Below are positions 21,198 to 29,977 of a stretch of 64,000 nt of DNA, in pieces. Both the position numbers and the translations under genes were made by a program. The stretch spans positions 1,760,001 through 1,824,000 of the forward strand of contig JASGHG010000001.1 in assembly GCA_047602425.1 (NCBI GenBank). Reading direction: 5' to 3'. Position 1 is the first letter of the stretch. The number at the start of each line of letters is the position of its first letter. The stretch comes from Nibricoccus sp. (lineage in GTDB: Bacteria > Verrucomicrobiota > Verrucomicrobiia > Opitutales > Opitutaceae). The notes under the pieces were generated by a model. It was not told the origin of the DNA and made no database searches. It saw nothing but the letters and a program-made list of their open reading frames with translations.

Positions 21198-21426
21198 TTA
21201 CATCGTATACTTCGGCTTCTTATACAGCTTCTTCCCTGTTTTCACGATCTCGGCACGATAGATTTTTCCCGCCCAGTCACTGGAAGCGATTTCATCGATG
21301 GCAACTAATATAGATTCATCGCCGAAACGGAAGGACCTCTATCACGTCGCGCGTAATTCGTTCCGCGAGTTCTTGTTTCTGTTGCTCGGTTTTGCCCGGT
21401 CAAAGTTTGACAATGATCTGTGGCAT
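21198..21426 (-). pseudogene. 4-oxalocrotonate tautomerase (PptA-like) pseudogene
   Basis: Manual translation MPQIIVKL*PGKTEQQKQELAERITRDV../..GDESILVAIDEI..DWAEK/YRAEI..KLYKKPKYTM: one premature TGA and two frameshifts. Confidence 0.8.
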
Positions 21427-21437
21427 ATGGCGCGTAG

Positions 21438-21962
21438 TTAGCGTTGGTATTGCGCATCACTCACCTTCTCCAACCAGTCAACGACTTTGCCGTTGAGATT
21501 TTCTTGAACCGCGATGTGCGACATCGCATTGGTCGGCGTCGCGCCGTGCCAATGCTTGAGGCCTGGTGGAAACCAGACGACATCGCCAGGACGGATCTCC
21601 TGCACCGGTCCGCCTTCGCGTTGCACCCAACCGAGACCCGAAGTAACGATCAGCGTCTGTCCGAGCGGGTGCGTGTGCCAGGCCGTGCGTGCGCCAGGTT
21701 CAAATGTGACGAGCGCCGCCGCCGCGCGGGCCGATTCTTTGGCCGCGAAGAGCGGATCAATGCGAGTCGTGCCAGTAAACCAATCCGCCGGGCCTTTGCT
21801 GGAAGGTTGCGATCCGTTGCGTGTAATTTCGATGTCCATATCTGTTTCTTCTTTTGTGGTTATGCTTTCGACAGCCATTCCGCGCATGCTCAACGCAAGT
21901 GCAGCAACGACAGCCGTCGTTTTGATAAATTCACGACGACCAATATCCGCGTTTGCGTGCAC
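21438..21962 (-). CDS. Cupin-domain protein with Tat-like leader
   Basis: [23 protein letters not shown] cupin motifs; N-terminal GRREFIK. Confidence 0.85.
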   Translation of the reverse strand: MHANADIGRREFIKTTAVVAALALSMRGMAVESITTKEETDMDIEITRNGSQPSSKGPADWFTGTTRIDPLFAAKESARAAAALVTFEPGARTAWHTHPLGQTLIVTSGLGWVQREGGPVQEIRPGDVVWFPPGLKHWHGATPTNAMSHIAVQENLNGKVVDWLEKVSDAQYQR

Positions 21963-22012
21963 GATGCCATCTCCGCTCTCAGAATTTTCCCAACAAACGC
22001 CGTTTGCCCTTG

Positions 22013-22756
22013 TTACCAGGGTTGATTGGCGGGGCCGACGGTGAATTCGTTGATCGTGGTGTCCTCTGGCTGATCGAGCGCGAACGCGACGACGCTCGCG
22101 ATACGATCCGGCGAGATGCCGTAGCGCTTATACAGGTTCGTCATGGCCTCGGCGCTTTCCTTGTGGCTGATCGCGTGAAGGAGTTCGGTATTGATCGCCG
22201 CAGGATAAATCGTCGCCGTGCGAATATTCGTGCCCTCCATGGCGGATTCCATGCGAAGCACCTCCATGAAGTCTTTAACAAACCATTTCGTCCCCCCATA
22301 AACGGCCGCACCCAAATACGCCTTGAGGCCCGCCACCGACGACGTGGCGATCACATGCCCGGATTTCTGCTCGATGAAGGTCGGCAACACCGCCGCCACA
22401 CCATTGAGCACGCCCTTGATGTTGATATCAACCGTCTCGTGCCAATCGTCGACTTTCATGGCCGATAGCGGCGCGGTCGGCATGATGCCAGCGTTGAGGA
22501 AAATGGCGTCGACGCGGCCAAAGGTCTTTTTGGCGAGCTTAACGATCTCCTCGTTGTCTGAGCGTTTCGTGACATCGAGTTCGCGGAAGACTGCCTGACC
22601 GCCCGCCTCCTCAATTTCGCTGACAATTTGTTTTAACTTAGCTTCGCGCCGCGCGCCGAGCACGACTTTGGCACCTTTGCTCGCGAGCAGCTTCGCAGTG
22701 GCTTCGCCGATACCCGACGACGCGCCAGTAATAATGATGACTTTGTTTTGAATCAT
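22013..22756 (-). CDS. SDR family oxidoreductase
   Basis: [16 protein letters not shown]. Confidence 0.93.
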   Translation of the reverse strand: MIQNKVIIITGASSGIGEATAKLLASKGAKVVLGARREAKLKQIVSEIEEAGGQAVFRELDVTKRSDNEEIVKLAKKTFGRVDAIFLNAGIMPTAPLSAMKVDDWHETVDINIKGVLNGVAAVLPTFIEQKSGHVIATSSVAGLKAYLGAAVYGGTKWFVKDFMEVLRMESAMEGTNIRTATIYPAAINTELLHAISHKESAEAMTNLYKRYGISPDRIASVVAFALDQPEDTTINEFTVGPANQPW

Positions 22757-22837
22757 AAAAAGCAGTCTTTGTTTATATGTTGATGAAACGGTTTAGCACT
22801 GTGCCATAGTTCGTCCGCATGTTGCGCCGCCTCGCCC

Positions 22838-23848
22838 TCACTTCAGATTCTTCGTGAAGAACTCGGTGAGCTTGTCGAAGGGAATTACGTCCACGCGGTC
22901 GTAAAGATCGACGTGGTTGGCGCCTTTGATGATCAATAGCTCTTTGGGTTCCGCTGCCGCAGCGTACGCAGTTTCGCTGAAATAGCGTGAGTGCGCCTTT
23001 TCACCGTGAATGAAGAGAATCGGCCGCGGTGAAATCTCCGCGATGTAGGTTAGGATCGGCATGTTCATCAGTGACATCATGCTCGTTGCCGACCACGACC
23101 CATTTGAGTTGATCGATCTCGGATGAAAGCCGCGTGGTGTCCGGTAATAGTCGTGATAATCCACCATGAACTGTGGCTCGCCACCTTTCAGTTCGTTCAT
23201 ACGCGGGCCGTAGCCGGGTGTTTCTTGTTCCGCGTCTTTCCAGCGTTGCTCACTGATCTGTTCGAGCATCCGCGCGCGCTGCTCGCCGGTCATGCTGTCG
23301 TTGTAGCCTTTGGAAGCGACACGTGAGATATCATACATGGTGCTGGTCGCGACGGCCTTGATGCGCTTGTCCACAGCGGCGGCGTTGAGCGCAAAGCCCC
23401 CAAAGCCACAAATGCCAATAACGCCCACTCGGTTTCGGTCTACGTTCGCATTCAACCCCAGGAAATCCACCGCCGCGCTGAAATCTTCGGTGTTGATATC
23501 GGACGAGGCGATGTTGCGTGGTTCGCCACCGCTCTCACCCGTGTAGGACGGATCGAAGGCCAGCGTAACGAATCCGCGTTCCGCCATCGTTTGTGCATAC
23601 AAACCCGAAGACTGTTCCTTTACGGCACCGAAAGGTCCGCTGACTGCAATGGCCGCGAGTTTGCCCGTGCGATTCTTCGGCAGATACAAATCCGCCGACA
23701 GCGTGATGCCGTAGCGATTTTTGAACGTCACTTTCTGATGCTCGACCTTGTCGCTCTTCGGAAAAATCTTGTCCCAAACTTCAGCGGGTTGCGCGAAAGC
23801 GGAAACGGTGGCAGCCGTCAAGGTGAGTGCGGAGATGAAATGTTTCAT
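22838..23848 (-). CDS. Alpha/beta hydrolase (YcjY-like), secreted
   Basis: GAVKEQ, GESGGEPR, GICGFGG, HVDLYD. Confidence 0.88.
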   Translation of the reverse strand: MKHFISALTLTAATVSAFAQPAEVWDKIFPKSDKVEHQKVTFKNRYGITLSADLYLPKNRTGKLAAIAVSGPFGAVKEQSSGLYAQTMAERGFVTLAFDPSYTGESGGEPRNIASSDINTEDFSAAVDFLGLNANVDRNRVGVIGICGFGGFALNAAAVDKRIKAVATSTMYDISRVASKGYNDSMTGEQRARMLEQISEQRWKDAEQETPGYGPRMNELKGGEPQFMVDYHDYYRTPRGFHPRSINSNGSWSATSMMSLMNMPILTYIAEISPRPILFIHGEKAHSRYFSETAYAAAAEPKELLIIKGANHVDLYDRVDVIPFDKLTEFFTKNLK

Positions 23849-23936
23849 GACAATGGGTTGGTTTTGTCGGCGTGATTACACGCTCAACGGCCACCACTCT
23901 AGCCGCTCCGCCGCCACCCTGCTCTCGCGATTCCGC

Positions 23937-24890
23937 TCAGCCTATCGCGATTCTGCTAAAATGTTCGGTCGGCACCTTGCCGTGCGTTCTCTCACGGTAC
24001 TCATGAGGCGTGAGTCCCGTTTCACGGCGAAACACGTGGGCGAAATGACTCGGACTCGTGTAGCCCACGTCCATTCCGATTTCGATCATCGGCTTCATCG
24101 TCTCGCGCAAGAGCTCCTGCGCTTTCGCCAGGCGCAGGCGAATCAAATACTGCGACGGCGAAAAGCCCGTGTTGCCTTTAAACAGCCGGGAAAAGTGCGA
24201 CTCGCTCATCTTCACCGCCGCGGCCAGTTCTCCGATGTTGATGGTCTCAGCCAACGAGTCCTCCATCAGCTTCAAGACGCGGTGCAATTGAAAAGCCGGC
24301 AGCGCCGTGGCGCGATGAGGGCGCCGCGTTTCCTTGTCGCGATAGGTTCGGACCAGATGAGTCGCCAGACTTTGGGCAATGCCTTGCACGAACGAAGCGC
24401 TCGGCGCTGGCTGTTCCGTCAGCTCTTTCCGCAACATTTCCAAGAAGGAAAGAATCGTCGTATCGCGAATCGCGTCGAATTCCTGCAAGCGCGGGATTTT
24501 CGCATTCGGCCCAAAAAGCTCCTTTGCCGCTCGCGCGAACAGCGGTAGACTGATCGCCACGTGCATGACGATGATCGGCTCCGCGTTCGTAGCCTTCCAA
24601 CGCAATTCGTAAGGCTCGGCCGACGTCGTTAAGAACAGAACTCCGGGCTCGACGTGATGCTTCACCCACTCTCCGCCCAAGTCCCTGTATTCGCAGAAGA
24701 CGTGCCCGGAAATTTGCCAGAGCAGCTGCGGCTCCGCGACGGCAGGAATCAACATCGTTTCACCAACGGCCGGCCGCCGATGAATTTCCACGAGGATATT
24801 TTCCCACGCCGCGCCCTCGCCGAGGTGAATCATTTTCCCCGGGAAATATTTCCGTTGGTCTTCAGCCGAGGTGTGAACAGGGACATCCAT
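23937..24890 (-). CDS. AraC family transcriptional regulator
   Basis: C-terminal double HTH: HFSRLFK..SPSQY, VGYTSPSHFAHVFRR. Confidence 0.93.
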   Translation of the reverse strand: MDVPVHTSAEDQRKYFPGKMIHLGEGAAWENILVEIHRRPAVGETMLIPAVAEPQLLWQISGHVFCEYRDLGGEWVKHHVEPGVLFLTTSAEPYELRWKATNAEPIIVMHVAISLPLFARAAKELFGPNAKIPRLQEFDAIRDTTILSFLEMLRKELTEQPAPSASFVQGIAQSLATHLVRTYRDKETRRPHRATALPAFQLHRVLKLMEDSLAETINIGELAAAVKMSESHFSRLFKGNTGFSPSQYLIRLRLAKAQELLRETMKPMIEIGMDVGYTSPSHFAHVFRRETGLTPHEYRERTHGKVPTEHFSRIAIG

Positions 24891-25017
24891 CGCTTTCAAA
24901 ATAAGCGAAGCACGTAGCCGCTGCCAGCAAATCGCGCCTAGTTTTCGTGAGGCCGCTGAGCATCCGCGCTGGTCGCGCCATCCCGCAAATTTGAGTTGAT
25001 ACTTCTTTTTTGGAAGT

Positions 25018-25044
25018 GGTCACAAAACGACCGCCTATTTCGTC
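25018..25044 (+). promoter_or_regulatory. ECF41-type promoter
   Basis: GGTCACA-N16-CGTC, one mismatch to the known TGTCACA-N16-CGTC, directly upstream of the CMD gene next to the ECF41 sigma. Confidence 0.75.
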
Positions 25045-25056
25045 CGAGAGTATGCT

Positions 25057-25533
25057 ATGACAACTATATCTCTCGAAAAACCCAAAGCCCAACCACGTCT
25101 CAACTATGCGCAGGTCGCCCCAGCAACTTTACAGGGAATGCTGGCGCTTTCGGATGTTGTGAAAAAAAGTGGATTGGAAGAGTCACTCCTCCATCTGGTG
25201 GACATCCGGGTCTCTCAAATCAATGGCTGCGCGTTCTGCCTCGATATGCATATCCGCGAGGCAAAAGCGGTCGGAGAAGCGGATGATCGCATCAATCTGA
25301 TTTCCGCCTGGCGCGAAGTCGATCTCTACACCGACCGCGAGCGCGTGGCCCTGCAATGGGCGGAGTCGTTAACGCGGCTCGCGGACGGACATGTAAGCGA
25401 CGACGACTTTGCCGCAGTGCGCGAGGAGTTCACGGAAGCGGAACTCGCAAATCTCTCGCTCGCGATTGTCGCGATCAACGGTTGGAACCGTCTCAATGTC
25501 GGCTTCAAGGTTCCGCCCGGCTTCGGCGACTAA
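25057..25533 (+). CDS. Carboxymuconolactone decarboxylase / AhpD-family protein
   Basis: RVSQINGCAFCLDMH, INGWNRL. Confidence 0.92.
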   Translation: MTTISLEKPKAQPRLNYAQVAPATLQGMLALSDVVKKSGLEESLLHLVDIRVSQINGCAFCLDMHIREAKAVGEADDRINLISAWREVDLYTDRERVALQWAESLTRLADGHVSDDDFAAVREEFTEAELANLSLAIVAINGWNRLNVGFKVPPGFGD

Positions 25534-25699
25534 CATGGTGCCGGACTTTCAAACACGGTTGCTATCTCCGAGGTGGTTCGGCATCTTCCACGGATGAGCT
25601 CCACCTCGGAAGGAACGGGCCGCTATTCCTTCTATCAGCCCTTTTATCCGCTAACATCGCATCGTTCGCTTCAAGATTACTATTGGTTATCTCTTTGCC

Positions 25700-26620
25700 A
25701 TGACCGCTGACGTCTACACCCAAAACCGCGCGCTGCTTTTCGGCATCGCGTATCGCATGCTCGGGAGCGTGGCGGAAGCGGAGGACCTCGTGCAAGAGAC
25801 GTTTGTACGATGGCAGGGGCAGGACGCGTCGACGATTGCCGCACCAAAAGCCTGGCTCATCACAACCCTCACGCGGCTGGCGATCGATCAGTTGCGCTCG
25901 GCAAGGAATCGACGCGAGGAATACGTCGGGGTGTGGCTGCCCGAACCATTGATAGATACAAAAGCACCGGCACCCGATGAGGTGGCCGCACTTGGGGATT
26001 CGCTGGGCATGGCGTTTCTCTTCATGCTGGAAACGCTCGGCCCCGTCGAACGCGCCGTATTTTTGCTCCGTGAAGCGTTCGACTATGACTACGCGGAAAT
26101 CGCGGCGATCGTCGGCAAGTCCGAGGCGGCCTGCCGGAAGATGTTGAGTCGCGCTAAAAATCACTTTGCCCAGAACGAACCGATAAAAATGACGCCATCG
26201 CCGAAAGCGGAGCAGATCGTGCAACGCTTCACGAGTGCCTGCGCGACGGGCGATGTGAGCGAATTACTCGCGGTGCTCACCGACGACGCCGTGCTCTATA
26301 CCGACGGCGGCGGTCGAGTGCGGTCGGTGCTCCGGCCGATTCACAGTGCGGATCACATCAGCCGATTCTTCGTGGCCATTCACCGGCGGTTCCCGAGCAA
26401 TACGCCGGTGGTCCTCACTCGCGTGAATGGCGAAATCGGCACCGTGAAGCGTCGCGCTGATGGGCATTTATCCGTAAGCGCATTTGCGTTTGCCGGCGAT
26501 CGGATCCGAGCAATCTACACCGTGACCAACCCGGAGAAATTACGCCATACCTTGCAGCGATCGAATGCTGCGATCGAGCGAGCGCGGCAATCGAGTGGCG
26601 TCGGCGTGCGTTTGGAGTGA
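25700..26620 (+). CDS. ECF41 (SigJ-like) sigma factor with SnoaL-like C-terminal extension
   Basis: AYRMLGS..AEDLVQE, YVGVWLPEP, DGGGR, NPEKL. Confidence 0.93.
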   Translation: MTADVYTQNRALLFGIAYRMLGSVAEAEDLVQETFVRWQGQDASTIAAPKAWLITTLTRLAIDQLRSARNRREEYVGVWLPEPLIDTKAPAPDEVAALGDSLGMAFLFMLETLGPVERAVFLLREAFDYDYAEIAAIVGKSEAACRKMLSRAKNHFAQNEPIKMTPSPKAEQIVQRFTSACATGDVSELLAVLTDDAVLYTDGGGRVRSVLRPIHSADHISRFFVAIHRRFPSNTPVVLTRVNGEIGTVKRRADGHLSVSAFAFAGDRIRAIYTVTNPEKLRHTLQRSNAAIERARQSSGVGVRLE

Positions 26621-26742
26621 CCGAGTCTCGGAATAAGATCAGATCCGCCGCGGATCTTTCCTCTTTATCTTTCTCGTTCTCTTTCTCCACTTCAGCGCAG
26701 GGCTTAAAAGCCTGGCGCTTTTTTGGCCGCAGGCACTGCCCT

Positions 26743-28818
26743 TCAATTGGACTTCGCTTCACCAATAGTTTTCGCGCCATCGGGAACGACGCTGGGAGTG
26801 AGATTTTTTCGAAGGAATTCCTCAATTTGCTCCATGACTTTGACCTTTTCCTTGAGGTGCCCAATGCCGTGACCTTCGTTGGCGAGCAAAAGTTTTTCAT
26901 GAGGCACGCGGTGTTTTTCCAACAAGGAAATCAGATTCTTCGACTGAGTGACGTCGACATTCCAATCGTCCTTTCCGTGATACACAAAAACAGGAACCTT
27001 GATGTTACCGACAAAATTGATAGGGGAAATGGCTTCGTAGAGGTAGCGATTTTTTCTCGGATCGCCAAGATGGCGTTTGAGATAAACGTATCTTGGGCTG
27101 TCAAACTGGTTATACTTCGCGTCCTTCAACATTTTCTCCCAGTCGAAGACGCCGCATATCGTCACGGCACAGCGATAGAGATCCGGCTCGTGGGCAACAC
27201 CGGAAACGGCGAGGTAACCGCCAAAACTCCCGCCCATGATCGCAACGCGGGAAGGATCCACCAATCCAGTCTTGAGCGCTGTTCTGGTGGCATCCGTGAC
27301 ATCGTTGCTCATCTTCAAAAAGTCATAGTCGTCCTCCCTTGGAAATTTCCAACTATAACCAGTGGACCCGCGGAAATTTGGCTGAAGGACGGCGTAGCCT
27401 CGACTGGCAAGGAACTGAACCTCCGGATCGAAGCCCCAATCGTCGCGAAGATAGGGTCCTCCATGGGGCAAAACCACGAGAGGCGCCGGATTTTCCTTTG
27501 ATGCACCTTCGGGAAGCGTGAGATAAGTGTCCAGAACGATGCCATCGCGCGTTTTGAATTTTATAATTTTCATTGGACGCATGCGCTTCGGATCTATCCA
27601 CGGTCGGGATTTTTTGAATAGGCCGACCTCCTTCGTTTTCAAATTGACCGTATAGTAAATCACCGGCTGGCGGTCGGAAAAAGTGGAGACGAGAAAACGC
27701 TCCCGCTTGGGATCGCTTTGCTGGATGCGGACGATCAGGCCGGGGAAAAAAGAATTAAGCACCGTTTGAAGGAGCCTATATTCTTCGTTGAACCAAACCG
27801 CCACAGGAGTTTCGCAACTGTAGACCGCGCCAATAATGTTGTGAGATACCGGATCTCGTTGGAGCCAGCCGTCGAAATCATAGTTTTTATCCTTGAGCAG
27901 CTCCTCGATTTCCTTGCCCGTGGTAGCATCCACGAGCCTGAGAGACCGGGGTTCGCTTCTGTTTCTAGGACCCGAAACGACGACTATCTGCCTCGGATTG
28001 TCACCGGAACCTACGATCACTGTGTCGTCATCGAAATTAATAGGACTAGTCCGCCATTCCCTGTTATCGAGCCAGTGCATTTTTGTGAACCCGTCTTTAT
28101 CGGTAAAAGCGTAGGCCAGTTTCCCCATATTGTCGCACATGTAACCTACGCTGAGTCCCTCCTGCGGTTTCCCATAGCGGTGCTTGATGTGCAAACCGTT
28201 GTTTTCGATCACCGCATCAAGAGCCTCCCGGGAGGCACTCGCTCCATAGAGATTGATCAAGCCATCTTTGCTGACGGGTAAAGTCGAAGCAACCACGCAA
28301 CCACTGTCATCCGAGCGGTTACGATCGATTTCATTGCGCAACCAGAAAAGGGGATGCATTCGGTCTTCATGCGGAACTGAAACAAGATGAGCCCCACAGT
28401 ATTGGAGAATAGGATACGCATAATCGAGGTGCTCCACCGCCGCAGTCATCCAGCCGAGGCCGTATATCTTCTTGTCCGATACATTGAAGATAAGATGGGA
28501 ATCATCCAGCCAGGTCGCAAAAACGATGTCCTTGTCCCCAATCGTCGGAAGAATATCGATCTTCTGAGTGTCGAGATCGGTAACGAGAAGCTGCGTTTTA
28601 TCCTCGTCGATGGTGATCAAGGCCAATACGCGGTTGCCTGCATCGTTGAGTTGGGGTTGGGCGAGAAGAAGCGGCCGGAAAAAATCCTGTGTCGGTATGG
28701 GCACTCCGTCAGGGACAGGATCGATTCTTTTTAGATCGATGGGGGAAGCCGCATGCAGGCTTGAAGTGAAAAAGAACGCGGCAACAGACAGCAATCGTTG
28801 GAGCTGTGGGAGTAGCAT
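26743..28818 (-). CDS. S9 family (prolyl oligopeptidase-like) peptidase
   Basis: PHGGP, NFRGSTGY, GGSFGGY, HGKDD, EGHG; signal peptide. Confidence 0.93.
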   Translation of the reverse strand: MLLPQLQRLLSVAAFFFTSSLHAASPIDLKRIDPVPDGVPIPTQDFFRPLLLAQPQLNDAGNRVLALITIDEDKTQLLVTDLDTQKIDILPTIGDKDIVFATWLDDSHLIFNVSDKKIYGLGWMTAAVEHLDYAYPILQYCGAHLVSVPHEDRMHPLFWLRNEIDRNRSDDSGCVVASTLPVSKDGLINLYGASASREALDAVIENNGLHIKHRYGKPQEGLSVGYMCDNMGKLAYAFTDKDGFTKMHWLDNREWRTSPINFDDDTVIVGSGDNPRQIVVVSGPRNRSEPRSLRLVDATTGKEIEELLKDKNYDFDGWLQRDPVSHNIIGAVYSCETPVAVWFNEEYRLLQTVLNSFFPGLIVRIQQSDPKRERFLVSTFSDRQPVIYYTVNLKTKEVGLFKKSRPWIDPKRMRPMKIIKFKTRDGIVLDTYLTLPEGASKENPAPLVVLPHGGPYLRDDWGFDPEVQFLASRGYAVLQPNFRGSTGYSWKFPREDDYDFLKMSNDVTDATRTALKTGLVDPSRVAIMGGSFGGYLAVSGVAHEPDLYRCAVTICGVFDWEKMLKDAKYNQFDSPRYVYLKRHLGDPRKNRYLYEAISPINFVGNIKVPVFVYHGKDDWNVDVTQSKNLISLLEKHRVPHEKLLLANEGHGIGHLKEKVKVMEQIEEFLRKNLTPSVVPDGAKTIGEAKSN

Positions 28819-29049
28819 GGAGGAGTTGTCGGGGGAGTATTCCAGCCGGCTTGTGAGAAACTAGATCGCCAGACGCTCTTGTATTGGGCCAACCTCACTC
28901 TAAAGCAAGAGCCTACTGTCGGTTCGGCTTTCAGGTTTATGTTTGACGGTTAGGAATAGTCGCGCGTGAAAGAAATAACAGCGTGTCCAGCGGGCCGAAA
29001 AAAAAGCGCCGGTCAGCGACAATCCGTCGCTCGCTCGTATATTGTCGGC

Positions 29050-29874
29050 ATGTCTGGTTCCCCTTTTTCCAAGAAAGCGCAGGGCTACCTCATCGCCGCT
29101 CTGGCTGTCCCCTGTCTGGTTATCGCCGGCGCGGCCTATCTCGCATACAATTCGATTCATCAAATGGACGATGCAATTCGCTTGGTCGATCATACGTTTG
29201 AGGTGCGCACCCGAATCGATCGCCTCCGCCAATTGTTGGTCGATGCGGAAACCGGAGAACGCGGCTTCGTCCTCACGTTTAATCCCGTCTTCCTGGATTC
29301 GTACCGCAAAGCCGTTTCTATAATTCCGACGGAAATCGACAACATCGCGGCGCTGACACGCGACAATCCTGCCCAACAAGAGCTCGCCGAAGAGATCAAA
29401 AAAACCGCCCGCCGGAAACTCGATTGGATGGCGGAGTCCATTGCCAACGAGGAAAAAGGCGCGCATGCCGAAGTCACGCGCATGATCGCCACAGGCCAGG
29501 GCCAGGCAATCATGGATCAATTGCGCGAGCTCCTTGGGACCATGGAAGAGCGGGAATCGCGGCTCCTCGCGGAACGCCAGCAGCAAATCAGACATAGCGC
29601 AAATTTGCGTACCTACCTCATCTTTTTCCTGCTGGCCGCAAATGTCGTTTTCGCAGCTGCCGCCTATTATGCGATCCTTCGCATTAGGAAGCTGCAAGGG
29701 TTCGTGAAAATGTGCGCCTGGTCTCGCACGATCGAATTTGAAGGCAAATGGATGACCTTCGAATCGTATCTGTACAAAAGGTTTGGCCTGCAAACGAGCC
29801 ATGGGATGTCGCCGCAGGAATTCGAACGATTTGAAGAAGGACTTTCCAATAGCCGGCATCCTCATTCTTCTTGA
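29050..29874 (+). CDS. CHASE3 sensor protein without a kinase domain
   Basis: TM-HT..DAETGERGFVLT..DNPAQQ..G..IMDQLR-TM, then a short CAWS..W..E.Y..SHG tail. Confidence 0.8.
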   Translation: MSGSPFSKKAQGYLIAALAVPCLVIAGAAYLAYNSIHQMDDAIRLVDHTFEVRTRIDRLRQLLVDAETGERGFVLTFNPVFLDSYRKAVSIIPTEIDNIAALTRDNPAQQELAEEIKKTARRKLDWMAESIANEEKGAHAEVTRMIATGQGQAIMDQLRELLGTMEERESRLLAERQQQIRHSANLRTYLIFFLLAANVVFAAAAYYAILRIRKLQGFVKMCAWSRTIEFEGKWMTFESYLYKRFGLQTSHGMSPQEFERFEEGLSNSRHPHSS

Positions 29875-29977
29875 TCGTCTCGCAGCCCCAAGCCGGTCCC
29901 AACGATCATCGCCGGTGCAGCTTTTGGCACTTGGTTTCCCGCTTGCCTGAGCCCTCTGCTTTTCAAACACAATAGGC

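Noticed and set aside
26617..27501. 294-aa ORF apparently coupled to the ECF41 stop codon
   Set aside because: Mostly antisense to the S9 peptidase catalytic domain
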